The position numbers and the translations under genes were made by a program. From an uncultured Marinilabiliaceae bacterium (GTDB taxonomy: Bacteria; Bacteroidota; Bacteroidia; Bacteroidales; Marinilabiliaceae): DNA of 64,000 nt. Positions 30,958-41,684 of the stretch are shown in pieces; the stretch's first letter is position 1, and each line of letters opens with the position of its first letter. The notes beneath the pieces are model-generated. The model saw only the letters and a list, made by a program, of their open reading frames with translations, was not told the DNA's origin and searched no databases. The stretch is taken from the NCBI GenBank assembly GCA_964403175.1, contig CAYOFH010000002.1, forward strand, positions 9,848 to 73,847. Direction: 5' to 3'.

Positions 30958-32098
30958 AAGTAAAACATTTAAAATTATCATCTTAACAATTGTAGGAGTA
31001 ACAGCTCTCTATACGCTGCTTCCCGATTACCTCCAAAAGGGGTTAATATACCTGACTCCCAATATTGATGATTTCAAAATATTCGACAACAGGAAAGTCG
31101 AAACAGCAAACCCGGTGCCCTGGCCCTTTTCTGCCGACTACAATCATTACACTATTTCCTCCGCATCTGCCTCTGATTCTTTAGCCCTCTTGGAATCCAC
31201 CGGCTTTCTGATCATTCAAAACGACTCTCTTCTTTTCGAAAAGTATTACCAGGATCAGCAGGCCACGGAGATTTCCAATTCCTTTTCAATGGCCAAGAGT
31301 ATAGTTTCTCTCCTGATAGGTTGCGCCATTGATGATGGGTACATACACAGTCTCGATGACAAAGTTGAGAAATACCTGCCCTGGATAAAAGGATCTTTCA
31401 GCAATAACCTTACCATACGTCATCTGCTGACAATGAGCTCTGCATCCAGCTGGAATGAAAACTACACCTCTCCCTTTTCAATTACCACCCAAGCCTATTA
31501 TGGCAGAGACCTGCCGGGGCTCATGAAAAAAGTTAAAATAAACAATCATCCCGGAATAGAATTTAATTACCGAAGTGGAGACACTCAATTTCTGGAAAGA
31601 ATTCTAACTAAAACAACCGGAATGTCGATTTCCCACTATGCTTCTGAAAAACTTTGGAAACCCCTCAATGCAGAAGTCCCGGCACTGTGGTCGCTTGACC
31701 GACGCGAAGGAACTGAAAAAGCCTATTGCTGCTTTAACAGCACTCCGCGCGATTTTGCCCGCATCGGTAATCTGGTTCTTAACAATGGAGTATTCAAGGG
31801 CCAAAGACTAATTTCATCCGGCTATATTTCGGAAATGATCACCCCGGCAAAATATCTTACCAATAATGAAGCTCAAATGGTGGATTATTACGGGTTACAC
31901 TGGTGGATACTGAATTACAAAGGAGAAATGATCCCTTATGCCAGAGGAATACTGGGACAGTATATATTTGTCGTTCCTTCGGAAAATGCCGTAATTGTCA
32001 GACTGGGACATCGACGAAGCAAAAAATATCACAATCACCACCCGATAGATGTGTATACATGGATAGGAGCCGGTATGGATATTATCGACCAAAGATAA
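30932..32098 (+). CDS. Serine hydrolase, beta-lactamase class C-like
   Basis: SFSMAKS (SxxK), LTIRHLLTMSS, FNYRSGDT, RDFARIG; N-terminal TM. Confidence 0.9.
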   Translation: MKKSKKSHKSKTFKIIILTIVGVTALYTLLPDYLQKGLIYLTPNIDDFKIFDNRKVETANPVPWPFSADYNHYTISSASASDSLALLESTGFLIIQNDSLLFEKYYQDQQATEISNSFSMAKSIVSLLIGCAIDDGYIHSLDDKVEKYLPWIKGSFSNNLTIRHLLTMSSASSWNENYTSPFSITTQAYYGRDLPGLMKKVKINNHPGIEFNYRSGDTQFLERILTKTTGMSISHYASEKLWKPLNAEVPALWSLDRREGTEKAYCCFNSTPRDFARIGNLVLNNGVFKGQRLISSGYISEMITPAKYLTNNEAQMVDYYGLHWWILNYKGEMIPYARGILGQYIFVVPSENAVIVRLGHRRSKKYHNHHPIDVYTWIGAGMDIIDQR

Positions 32099-32162
32099 TA
32101 AAAGGTGGAAGTTTGTGAGATTAGAGCATAAAGGTTGGCTCTAAAAATCTAATGATCTATTG

Positions 32163-34064
32163 TTAATACGCACGAGTATTAATGCCTTCAATGAAATTGA
32201 TGAAAGAAGTATTCACTACTTTATTACCTCCGGCAGTAGGATAATTCCCTGTAAAGTACCAATCTCCCTGGTCATTGGGACAAGCTTTATGAAGATTATC
32301 CACAGTTTGGTAAACAACCTCCACTTCAGCATCTATATCATCAGGTTTAAGCATTTCAGCAATTTTATCAGAGATCTGCTCATCAGAAAAGGGACGATAA
32401 ACCTCTTTCACATAATTTACTATTTCCTCTTTAGGGAGATATTGCTGATCCTTACATTGCCTATAAACCTTTTCTATAACCTCCTCTTGTCCTGAATCCT
32501 TCAGTAATTCAATGGCAGCAGCAAAAGCACAAAAATCTTTTAACCTGGCCATATCAATACCATAACAATCAGGAAAACGAATTTGGGGGGCGGACGAAAC
32601 CACAATTATCTTCTTAGGATGTAACCGGTCAAGGATCCTCAAAATACTGCGCTTCAAAGTAGTCCCTCTTACGATGGAATCGTCAATAATTACGAGGGTA
32701 TCCACTTTATTCTTCACAATTCCATAAGTCACATCATATACGTGAGCCACCAGATCATCACGACTGCTGTCATCAGTAATAAATGTGCGCATCTTAACGT
32801 CTTTTATAGCCACCTTTTCAATTCGCGGTTCCAAACTAAGAATTCTGGACACTGCCTCCTCATTCAGCTCATTACCAAGGGCCATTATCTTTTTTGTTTT
32901 CTCCACATCCAGATGTTCTCTGATGCCTTCCATCATTCCATAGAATGCAGTCTCGGCGGTATTAGGAATGTGGGAGAAAACGGTATTTTCAAGGTCAAAA
33001 TTTATTTTATCCAGAATAATAGGAGACAACAGACGTCCCAGCTCCTTCCGTTCTTTATAAATATCCCGATCGCTACCTCTGGAGAAATAAATACGCTCAA
33101 AAGAGCAGGATTTCTTTTCCTGAGGGACTGTCACCATTTCCTCGGATACCTGACCGTCCTTTTTAATGATTAATGCATGTCCGGGCTTCAGTTCTTTAAC
33201 CTCCACCGATCTCACATTCAACGCTGTTTGAATGACCGGTCGCTCGGAAGCTACTACCACAAATTCATCGTTGGCATAGTAGGAAGCAGGTCTAATACCC
33301 CAGGGATCCCGGGTTACAAATGCATCCCCATGGCCAAAAAGTCCGGCAATTACAAATCCACCATCCCACCGGCGACTCGACCTTTCCAATACTTTACGCA
33401 CATCCAGATTTTTTTCTATCAATGCCGAAATTTCTTTGTTGGTATACCCTTCATTTTTAAACTGACGAAACAAGAGTTGATTTTCTTCATCCAGAAAATG
33501 CCCTACATTCTCGAGCATAGATTCAGTATCGGTATAATCTTTGGGATGTTGCCCCAGATCTACCAGAGTTTTAAAAATTTCATCAACATTAGTAAGATTA
33601 AAGTTACCGGCAAGTACCAGATTTCTCGAACGCCAGTTATTCTCGCGCATAACCGGATGCACATAATCAATACTGTTGTTTCCAAAAGTTCCGTACCGTA
33701 AATGACCAAGATAGAGTTCACCGGCAAAGGGCAGATTTTCTTTGGCCCAAACCGGATCATTCAGCAACTCAGGATGATGTTCATATACAGCATCAAAACG
33801 ACTGTGTATGCCCGAGAACACTTCCTGAATGGGGTTTCCACCATTAGAGCGCTGACGGGAAAGATATTTTTTCCCTGCAGGCTGATTCAACTTTAAGCTT
33901 ACAACTCCAGCACCGTCCTGTCCCCTGTTATGCTGCTTTTCCATCAGTAAATAAAGCTTATTCAAACCAAAACGCCACGTTCCATACTTCTCCTGATAAT
34001 AACTCAGGGGCTTTAACAAACGAATGAGTACAATGCCACATTCATGCTTAATCTGATCACTCAT
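32163..34064 (-). CDS. purF: Amidophosphoribosyltransferase (Bacteroidota type)
   Basis: HECGI N-terminus, NRGQDGAG, GHLRYGT, IIDDSIVRGTT, DCYGIDM. Confidence 0.93.
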   Translation of the reverse strand: MSDQIKHECGIVLIRLLKPLSYYQEKYGTWRFGLNKLYLLMEKQHNRGQDGAGVVSLKLNQPAGKKYLSRQRSNGGNPIQEVFSGIHSRFDAVYEHHPELLNDPVWAKENLPFAGELYLGHLRYGTFGNNSIDYVHPVMRENNWRSRNLVLAGNFNLTNVDEIFKTLVDLGQHPKDYTDTESMLENVGHFLDEENQLLFRQFKNEGYTNKEISALIEKNLDVRKVLERSSRRWDGGFVIAGLFGHGDAFVTRDPWGIRPASYYANDEFVVVASERPVIQTALNVRSVEVKELKPGHALIIKKDGQVSEEMVTVPQEKKSCSFERIYFSRGSDRDIYKERKELGRLLSPIILDKINFDLENTVFSHIPNTAETAFYGMMEGIREHLDVEKTKKIMALGNELNEEAVSRILSLEPRIEKVAIKDVKMRTFITDDSSRDDLVAHVYDVTYGIVKNKVDTLVIIDDSIVRGTTLKRSILRILDRLHPKKIIVVSSAPQIRFPDCYGIDMARLKDFCAFAAAIELLKDSGQEEVIEKVYRQCKDQQYLPKEEIVNYVKEVYRPFSDEQISDKIAEMLKPDDIDAEVEVVYQTVDNLHKACPNDQGDWYFTGNYPTAGGNKVVNTSFINFIEGINTRAY

Positions 34065-34091
34065 AACTCAAAACGCTAAAAAAGAAACCTC

Positions 34092-34119
34092 AAAAAAAAC
34101 CCGCTTGCTGACAAGCGGG
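34092..34119 (-). terminator. Intrinsic terminator after the SPOR gene, just upstream of purF
   Basis: Minus strand CCCGCTTG-TCAG-CAAGCGGG-TTTTTTTT. Confidence 0.85.
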
Positions 34120-34126
34120 CTTAATA

Positions 34127-34594
34127 TTATGGTAAAGAATTTAATGATATATCGCTAACCTTTACAACATAGCAGGCCGGGAATTTTTTTTTCAACCTGC
34201 TGAGAAGTGGCAAAGCTTCATGCTTATGCCGGAAACTTCCCACTCTGACTCTCCAGAAAGGAGCACTGTATTCAACAAAAACATTCTCTTCCGGTAATTC
34301 GGACAAAACTTTCCCTTTTACATCCAGAGCTTCCTGCCTTGACTTATTTCCTGCCCCGCTAAATAACTGCACCCGGAAACCTTCAACTCCATCGGACCTT
34401 TTATTCATACTGATGTGGGTGTTTATCAGAGCCCTCATGCGGTCAGATTGCTCAATAGTGATAATTCCCTTATCGCTGGAAACCTGCTCAAGTTCTGCAA
34501 AAATATCCGAATTAAAACTTGCGTCTTTCCCCGGCATTTGAGCAGTAACTCCCATGGTCATCAAAAGAAAAATAATTCCTGCTACAATTCTCAT
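34127..34594 (-). CDS. SPOR domain protein
   Basis: Signal peptide; GFRVQLFSG, PFWRVRVGSF; -7 element TAACTTTG at 34616-34623. Confidence 0.85.
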   Translation of the reverse strand: MRIVAGIIFLLMTMGVTAQMPGKDASFNSDIFAELEQVSSDKGIITIEQSDRMRALINTHISMNKRSDGVEGFRVQLFSGAGNKSRQEALDVKGKVLSELPEENVFVEYSAPFWRVRVGSFRHKHEALPLLSRLKKKFPACYVVKVSDISLNSLP

Positions 34595-34629
34595 CTTTTT
34601 CAAATCTTATGCAGGCAAAGTTACAATTT

Positions 34630-35469
34630 TTATTCCTTTACGGGAACAATCAAAACAGGAATCTCGGAAAGATTAAGAATCTCGTTTGCAAAAGGTCTGA
34701 AAAAACTGTCGAAAGGACTGAGTGCCTTGCTCAGAGGAATCACAATAACTGTTGCCAATTGCTCTTGCGCCAGACTAAGAATATTCTTTGCATCTCCACC
34801 CCATTTGAAAGGCTTCACGGACACCTCTAAATCTGTATTGGTTTTAATGTATCGCTCAGCCTGTTTAGCATAAATATCACTTAATCCCGGAAGTATCCAT
34901 TTTGATTTACGCTGAAGAGCCAGTATATTAATTTCGGCTTTTATTAATTTGGCAAATCCCGCAACAACAGGTACAATTTTCCGGGTTATTTTATTATGAT
35001 CCAGCGGTAAAATGACTCTATGGGGATAACTCCATTTCATTCCGTTTCTTACGGTGAATACAGGACAAGGTGCATGAGAAACCAATCTGTACGCATTGCT
35101 ACCCAGCCACCGGTCTTCAACGCCCGAAACTCCATGAGTTCCCACAACAATCAGGCTCACATCATCGTATCGTGCCTGGTTGGTAATTTCCCGTACAACG
35201 TTTCCCTCCCGGATTTTATAATCAAACTCTCCATTATATACACGATACTCGTCACTATATTTTTTTATGAGATGATCCAGCCAGGTTTTTGTCTGTCCCA
35301 GCATGCGTTCTTCCGGATTATCACCCAAAAACTCAGGAGCATACTTCTGCCCTGTCTGAACATGAATAATCCTGACTGCTGCATGCAGTTGATTGGCTAA
35401 TTCCACACCCACTTTCAGTGCAAAAACGGAATTTTCGGAAAAATCGATGGGTACAAGTATTCTTTTCAT
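34630..35469 (-). CDS. Universal stress protein (tandem USP)
   Basis: MKRILVPIDFSENS, LIVVGTHG, LGSNAYRLV..APCPV, IPVLIV. Confidence 0.93.
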   Translation of the reverse strand: MKRILVPIDFSENSVFALKVGVELANQLHAAVRIIHVQTGQKYAPEFLGDNPEERMLGQTKTWLDHLIKKYSDEYRVYNGEFDYKIREGNVVREITNQARYDDVSLIVVGTHGVSGVEDRWLGSNAYRLVSHAPCPVFTVRNGMKWSYPHRVILPLDHNKITRKIVPVVAGFAKLIKAEINILALQRKSKWILPGLSDIYAKQAERYIKTNTDLEVSVKPFKWGGDAKNILSLAQEQLATVIVIPLSKALSPFDSFFRPFANEILNLSEIPVLIVPVKE

Positions 35470-35606
35470 GCAGGTTTGGTTTTTAATCGTCCATACTATT
35501 TTTTAAGCAAACATAAGAACCAGGCTATATCTGTCATTACATGCCATATTACTTCTCTTAAACCCATCAAAAACCCGGTTCATCTCATTCTCAAATATTG
35601 ATTTTA

Positions 35607-35903
35607 CTAATACATACGCATTGTGAGGCAAAGTGGTTGCACTAAACATCGTTTTCTTAAGAATATTGAGCGATACAAATTTTTCAGGAGGACATTCAAG
35701 TGCGAAAAAACATCTGTAGGCATATTTACCGACCGGCAATTCCTGACCGCCATACTCAGTCGGGGATTTTTTTCAGGATCAGGTCTTCCTTCTTTCACTC
35801 CTACCTGAATATCCTTGGTAATTCTAGTAAACATTTTAGCCATTTTAGCACCCTGTGCTCCTTTGCGATGCTTAATAATTACCCATTTACTATCCCCTGC
35901 CAT
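35607..35903 (-). pseudogene. yebC: Truncated, decayed YebC/PmpR family gene
   Basis: MAGDSKWVIIKHRKGAQGAK..FTRITKDI..DPEKNPRL..NMPTD matches the YebC N-terminus with several invariant residues changed; homology lost after ~64 codons. Confidence 0.85.
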
Positions 35904-36134
35904 GGTTATGAACTCTTTACTTTACTTCTTTATTAAAGAGTTCTTTGTTTCAAAAACACTGATAGCCAAAGTCTTTTCTCCAAAAAGTTCTTATTCCATA
36001 AGCCCTTGCCTGCAAGAGTCGCAAAACTAATAAAAACCTAATACTCACACAAGAGGCTGATTTATCACACATTACAAAAAACAAAAAGAATTACCCTGAA
36101 ACACAAATACTTTGGGTAAACCATAGATTAACAT

Positions 36135-36142
36135 TAAATTTG
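36135..36142 (+). promoter_or_regulatory. -7 promoter element TAAATTTG for miaB
   Basis: Consensus match 23 nt before the ATG. Confidence 0.6.
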
Positions 36143-36164
36143 CATTCTATTTTACAGAAGAGGG

Positions 36165-37544
36165 ATGAGAGACAAACAAAACAATAAAAATTCCATAAAG
36201 GCTGAGAGCGTTTTAGCCTATGAAAGCAACGGGAAGAAACTTTACATAGAAACCTACGGATGCCAGATGAACTTTGCTGACAGTGAAGTTGTAGCTTCTG
36301 TAATGCAAATGGATGGCTATGAAACTGCAGAAAACAATTCAAATGCGGATGCTATATTCATAAACACCTGCTCTATAAGGGATAATGCAGAAAAGAGAGT
36401 ACTTGCCAGAGTAAGGGAACTCAAAGCCCTTAAAAAGAAACGTCCTGGACTGATAATTGGAATCATTGGATGTATGGCCGAACGGGCAAAAGAAGAGCTT
36501 TTTGAGGTGGGAGCAGACCTGGTTGCTGGCCCTGATGCTTATCTGGACTTACCAAATCTTGTAAGCCTTGTTGAGCAGGGAGAAAAAGCCATCAATGTAG
36601 ATCTTTCCACTACAGAGACCTACCGCGATATTATTCCCAAGCGATTAGGCCCCAACAAAATATCAGCCTTTATCAGCATCATGAGAGGGTGCAATAATTT
36701 TTGCACCTATTGCATTGTCCCCTATACCAGAGGCAGGGAAAGAAGCAGGGATCCGGAAAGCATCAGAAAAGAATTTGCAGATCTTGTTAAAGAAGGCTAT
36801 AAAGAAATCTCACTCCTGGGACAAAACGTGAACTCATTTCTGCATCGGAAAGACCAACAGGAAATGGATTTCCCGGGATTACTGAATTTCCTGGCTACCC
36901 GGTTTCCTGATATAAGGATCCGTTTCACAACCTCACATCCGAAAGATATGAGTAATGAAACACTTAAAGTGATGGCAAAACATCCTAATATCTGCAAACA
37001 TATTCATTTGCCCCTGCAATCCGGATCATCAGAAGTATTAAAAAAAATGAACCGAAAATATACGGCAGATTGGTATAAAAACCGGATTGAAGCTATCCGG
37101 GAAATATTACCCGGATGCGGTATCACCACAGATGTTTTCTGCGGCTTTCACGGCGAGACGGAAGAAGACCATCAAAAGACTCTGGAATTAATGAAATGGG
37201 CAGGGTTTGATACGGCTTTTATGTTTAAGTATTCAGAGCGTCCTGGAACTTATGCTCATAAAAAATTACCCGATAATGTTCCTGATGACATCAAAAGCCG
37301 GAGACTTCAGGAGATAATAGAACTGCAAAACCAACTTTCTCTTGAAAGTAATAAAAAAGATATCGGAAAAGTATTTGAGGTTTTAATCGAAAGTGTTTCC
37401 AAAAAATCAACACAGGAATTCTTTGGACGTACCTCCCAAAATAAGGTAGTTGTATTTCCACGTGCCGGACATAAAGTCGGAGAACTTGTTAATGTCAGGA
37501 TTACTGACGTTACGCAGGCCACAATGCTGGGCATTCCCATTTAG
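36165..37544 (+). CDS. miaB: tRNA-i6A37 methylthiotransferase
   Basis: TYGCQMN, NTCSIR, GCMAER, GCNNFCTYC (radical SAM), C-terminal TRAM. Confidence 0.97.
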   Translation: MRDKQNNKNSIKAESVLAYESNGKKLYIETYGCQMNFADSEVVASVMQMDGYETAENNSNADAIFINTCSIRDNAEKRVLARVRELKALKKKRPGLIIGIIGCMAERAKEELFEVGADLVAGPDAYLDLPNLVSLVEQGEKAINVDLSTTETYRDIIPKRLGPNKISAFISIMRGCNNFCTYCIVPYTRGRERSRDPESIRKEFADLVKEGYKEISLLGQNVNSFLHRKDQQEMDFPGLLNFLATRFPDIRIRFTTSHPKDMSNETLKVMAKHPNICKHIHLPLQSGSSEVLKKMNRKYTADWYKNRIEAIREILPGCGITTDVFCGFHGETEEDHQKTLELMKWAGFDTAFMFKYSERPGTYAHKKLPDNVPDDIKSRRLQEIIELQNQLSLESNKKDIGKVFEVLIESVSKKSTQEFFGRTSQNKVVVFPRAGHKVGELVNVRITDVTQATMLGIPI

Positions 37545-37930
37545 TGCCTGTCCATAAAGTGCTATTTACTGTATTAAGCTTATCCGAAAATCGCTTACTT
37601 CGACACGCTCGGTACAGGCATTTACGAAATATGAATGTTCTCCATAAAATGGATTTAAAAATATCAACAGTGTCCTAGTTTTTTCCCAAAAGGGATTTAA
37701 TCCCCCTGAACCCTGACCTAATTTTGTTTACGACATAATCATTGGGAGCGATCATGATTTCCGCTGCGCTCCAATTTTTGTTATGATGCAAGATAGTAGG
37801 CAAATAATATCAAGATTTAGCAAGTTTTCGCTCTAAAAAACACGGTTCTTTTATCGTAATCGTCAAGCCTCTTCTCGCTCGCCTCGGGAATGAGGTTTTA
37901 AAAAGAGATGATTTTACGATAAAACAATCT
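37545..37930. repeat. Intergenic cluster of imperfect inverted repeats (REP/MITE-like remnants or structured RNA)
   Basis: TGCCTGTCC..GGTACAGGCA; CATAA.ATTGGGAGCG..CGCTCCAAT.TTATG; TTTTATCGTAA..TTACGATAAAA. Confidence 0.45.
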
Positions 37931-38042
37931 TGTTTTTGACTCACTTGCCCGAATTAGCCCCCATCAAACCAGTCAAATGTTTATTTTTGGCAGAATTGAT
38001 ATTTGAAATTATTAAAAATAATCAAGTTTAAAAACAATAATA

Positions 38043-38390
38043 ATGAATGATCAAATAAAAGAATTCAGAGAATTTCGTTCCAAAATGAATGAAAGAATCC
38101 TGTCGCAGGACAACCTTGTTATCAAAAGACTTTTCAACTTGGATACCAACACCTACCAAGAGGGAACACTGTCCTCAAAAACCAAAGAAATGCTCGGTCT
38201 GGCAGCATCAATGGTGCTTCGTTGCGATGACTGTATTAAGTATCATCTTGAAAAATGCTACGAACAGAAAATCAGCACAGAAGAAATGATGGAAATTTTC
38301 TCCGTGGCCAACATTGTAGGTGGAACAATTGTTATTCCTCATACGCGCAGAGCAATGGAATACTGGGATATGCTGAATGGCAATGATTAA
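38043..38390 (+). CDS. Carboxymuconolactone decarboxylase/AhpD-like protein
   Basis: LSSKTKEMLGL..LRCDDCIKYH (CxxC core). Confidence 0.9.
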   Translation: MNDQIKEFREFRSKMNERILSQDNLVIKRLFNLDTNTYQEGTLSSKTKEMLGLAASMVLRCDDCIKYHLEKCYEQKISTEEMMEIFSVANIVGGTIVIPHTRRAMEYWDMLNGND

Positions 38391-38607
38391 CAGAGAAAGC
38401 GCAAAGCAGAAAGAATTAAACGCAAAACAACTATTAATTCTGTCTAAAAGCCAAGAAAACAAAAAAAATAGATTCTGATAATTACGAAAACAACCAAAAA
38501 GATAAAACTGAAACTGTTTCTTATCTTTTTCAGCGGATATTAACACGTTGTTAATTTCCAAAACCGGTTTGTTTAAAGTAATTTTGCCTCAAACAAAAAA
38601 AATAAAA

Positions 38608-39765
38608 ATGGCCAAAGAACTGGATTTTGAATCGATACGTCCCTATCAGGACCATGAAATTCAACAGGTATTTGAACGTCTGAAAAATGAAACTTCTTTC
38701 ATAGAACTCATTGGATTTCTTTTTCCGGGAATGTCTGCTCAACGATTCATCGATAACATGATGCAAATCAAAAGTATAAGACAATTTCAACAGGAAGTAA
38801 TCTCCCTTTATGTTAAGGAGATAATTAAAAACACCACCAAAGGTGTTACATCTGAAGGTCTGGATCAACTGGATTCTAAAGAGTCATATCTCTACATCTC
38901 CAACCACCGGGATATTCTTTTGGACCCGGCCATTTTGAATGTTATCATGTTCGAACACGGCTTTGACTCGACAGAAATTGCCATTGGAGACAATCTGTTG
39001 ATTTATCCCTGGATTACAGATCTGGTCAAGCTTAATCGTACTTTTATCGTTAAACGCAATCTTCCGGTGCGACAAATGCTGGAGAGTTCAACACTTTTGT
39101 CGGAATATATTCGTCACACAATCACAGAGGTAGGACACAGCATTTGGATTGCCCAAAGAGAAGGAAGATCAAAAGATGGAAATGACCGCACTCAGCAAAG
39201 TCTTCTAAAAATGCTCAACATCAGCGGAAAAGATAAATCAGTGGCGGAAAACTTTAAACAATTGAAGATTGTTCCTGTTTCCATTTCTTATGAATATGAC
39301 CCTTGTGACTATCTTAAAGCGCTGGAGTTTCAACACAAGAGGGATAATCCCGATTATGTAAAAACCCAGGGTGATGATTTACTGCAGATGGGGGTCGGAT
39401 TACGCGGTCGTAAAGGGCATGTTCATTTTGCCTTTGGGCAGCCTATCAATAACGAACTGGATGTATTAAAAAATATTCAGAATAAAAACGAAAAATTTGA
39501 ATTTCTTGCCGGACTAATTGACAAACACGTACACGAAAACTATCACTTATGGCCGGGAAACTGGGTTGCCTGGGATATGTTAAACCAAACTGACGAATAC
39601 GCTAGTTTATATTCGGAAGAAGAAAAGAAAATTTTCCTCCAATACATTGAAGAACATCTCGACAGAATTGAAGGAGACAGAGATTTCTTAAGAAAAACAC
39701 TTCTGGAAATGTATGCTAACCCGGTAGTTAATAAACGGGAATTACTTGGTAATGCTGTGAATTAG
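38608..39765 (+). CDS. Glycerolipid acyltransferase (PlsC/PlsB-like)
   Basis: SNHRDILLD (HxxxxD), IWIAQREGRSKDG; -7 element TAATTTTG at 38579 favours ATG 38608. Confidence 0.88.
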   Translation: MAKELDFESIRPYQDHEIQQVFERLKNETSFIELIGFLFPGMSAQRFIDNMMQIKSIRQFQQEVISLYVKEIIKNTTKGVTSEGLDQLDSKESYLYISNHRDILLDPAILNVIMFEHGFDSTEIAIGDNLLIYPWITDLVKLNRTFIVKRNLPVRQMLESSTLLSEYIRHTITEVGHSIWIAQREGRSKDGNDRTQQSLLKMLNISGKDKSVAENFKQLKIVPVSISYEYDPCDYLKALEFQHKRDNPDYVKTQGDDLLQMGVGLRGRKGHVHFAFGQPINNELDVLKNIQNKNEKFEFLAGLIDKHVHENYHLWPGNWVAWDMLNQTDEYASLYSEEEKKIFLQYIEEHLDRIEGDRDFLRKTLLEMYANPVVNKRELLGNAVN

Positions 39766-39861
39766 AAAGCTGGAGCCACCTTAAATGGCCCCAAGAGAAT
39801 GGGAACCAGAAAAATGGCGCTTTTAAGTGTGGAAAAAATGGCAAGTAAGATATTAATGGAA

Positions 39862-39915
39862 AATAGGAAGAGGGGTTGATTTTCGGCTAGCCAAAAATCA
39901 ACCCCTCTTCCTATT
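39862..39915. terminator. 54-bp near-perfect palindrome between convergent genes (probable terminator)
   Basis: AATAGGAAGAGGGGTTGATTTTcGGCT|AGCCaAAAATCAACCCCTCTTCCTATT, one mismatch, no spacer. Confidence 0.7.
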
Positions 39916-39923
39916 GAAAAAAA

Positions 39924-41684
39924 TTATTTCTGCTCTTTTCTTTTTAACTCCAGCATTAACTCCTCAAGTTGCGCCTCACTTATCGCAGAGGGCGCATCAT
40001 TCATGACATCACGACCGGCATTATTTTTCGGGAAAGCAATCACTTCCCTGATTGAATCCAGACCTGCAAAAAGAGAAACCCATCGGTCAAAACCAAAAGC
40101 CACTCCTCCATGGGGAGGTGCACCATACTTAAAGGCATTCATCAGGAAGCCAAACTGGCTTTCAGCTTCCTCTTCGGTAAATCCGAGTATCTTAAACATT
40201 TTTTGCTGCAACTCATCGTTGTGGATACGAATAGAACCACCACCAATCTCCACCCCGTTGATCACCAAATCGTAAGCATTGGCCCTTACTTCCCCGGGAT
40301 TGCTGTCCAATAACTCCACATCCTCATCTTTAGGTGAGGTAAACGGATGGTGCATAGCATAATAACGCTGCGTGTCATCATCCCACTCCAGCAAAGGAAA
40401 GTCAACTACCCAAAGAGGCGCAAATTTATTTTTATTTCTGAGTCCCAGACGGGATCCCATTTCCAAACGTAATTCGCAAAGTGCTGAAAGTGTTCTGAGT
40501 TCTTCACCAGCCAAAATTAAAATCAAATCTCCCGGCTTCGCTCCACTCATATCCGCCCAGCCTTTAAAATCTTCAGCAGAGAAAAACTTATCTACAGATG
40601 TTTTAAAAGATCCATCCTCGTTATATTTCACATAAACCAGACCTTTGGCGCCCACCTGTGGCCGCTTGACAAAATCAGTCAGCTGATCCAGTTCCTTTCG
40701 GGTATAGGTGGCACATCCCCGGGCACAAATGGCCCCAATATACATTGCATCATCAAATACCTTAAAACCCTTTCCGGAGGCAGTAGCTGTCAAATCGACA
40801 AAACGCATATCAAAACGGATATCGGGCTTATCGCTACCATAGTATTTCATTGCATCAGCATAAGGCATACGGGGGAAGTCACCCTCAATGACAACTCCGC
40901 GGAGCGACTTGAACAGGTGTTTTGTCATTCCTTCGAAAGTATTCAAAACATCCTCCTGATCTACGAAAGACATTTCGCAGTCGATCTGAGTGAATTCCGG
41001 TTGCCGATCGGCACGCAAATCCTCATCTCGAAAACATTTCACTATCTGAAAGTAGCGATCATATCCGGCCACCATCAGCAATTGTTTAAAAACCTGAGGT
41101 GACTGAGGTAAAGCATAAAACTGCCCGGGATTCATACGAGAAGGTACTACAAAATCACGGGCTCCTTCTGGTGTAGATTTCATTAAAACAGGGGTTTCCA
41201 CTTCAATAAAACCTTCCTTATCCATGTAATTTCTAACCTCCAGGGCCATTTTATGCCTTAATTCAAGAGCATTTCGTGAAGGGCTTCTCCTAAGATCCAG
41301 ATATCGGTATTTCATTCTGAGCTCTTCTCCGCCATCTGTATCATCCTCAATGGTAAAAGGAGGGAGATCGGAAGAATTCAGCACTTTTAACTCCTCTGCC
41401 ATAACCTCAATGTCACCCGTAGGAATCTTACTGTTTTTACTACTGCGTTCAGCAACATTTCCTGTTACCTGTATCACATACTCACGGCCGATTTTTCGTA
41501 CCTCCTGGGCCAGTTTATTTTCAGCCTCACTGTTAAAAACCAGCTGAGTAATTCCGTAACGATCTCTCAAGTCGACAAAGGTCATGCCGCCCAAATTACG
41601 AACGCGTTGTACCCATCCACTAAGGGTAACAGATTTTGCGGTGTCTGCAATTCTTAATTCTCCACAGGTATGTGTCCTATACAT
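39924..41684 (-). CDS. aspS: Aspartate--tRNA ligase
   Basis: [42 protein letters not shown]. Confidence 0.99.
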   Translation of the reverse strand: MYRTHTCGELRIADTAKSVTLSGWVQRVRNLGGMTFVDLRDRYGITQLVFNSEAENKLAQEVRKIGREYVIQVTGNVAERSSKNSKIPTGDIEVMAEELKVLNSSDLPPFTIEDDTDGGEELRMKYRYLDLRRSPSRNALELRHKMALEVRNYMDKEGFIEVETPVLMKSTPEGARDFVVPSRMNPGQFYALPQSPQVFKQLLMVAGYDRYFQIVKCFRDEDLRADRQPEFTQIDCEMSFVDQEDVLNTFEGMTKHLFKSLRGVVIEGDFPRMPYADAMKYYGSDKPDIRFDMRFVDLTATASGKGFKVFDDAMYIGAICARGCATYTRKELDQLTDFVKRPQVGAKGLVYVKYNEDGSFKTSVDKFFSAEDFKGWADMSGAKPGDLILILAGEELRTLSALCELRLEMGSRLGLRNKNKFAPLWVVDFPLLEWDDDTQRYYAMHHPFTSPKDEDVELLDSNPGEVRANAYDLVINGVEIGGGSIRIHNDELQQKMFKILGFTEEEAESQFGFLMNAFKYGAPPHGGVAFGFDRWVSLFAGLDSIREVIAFPKNNAGRDVMNDAPSAISEAQLEELMLELKRKEQK

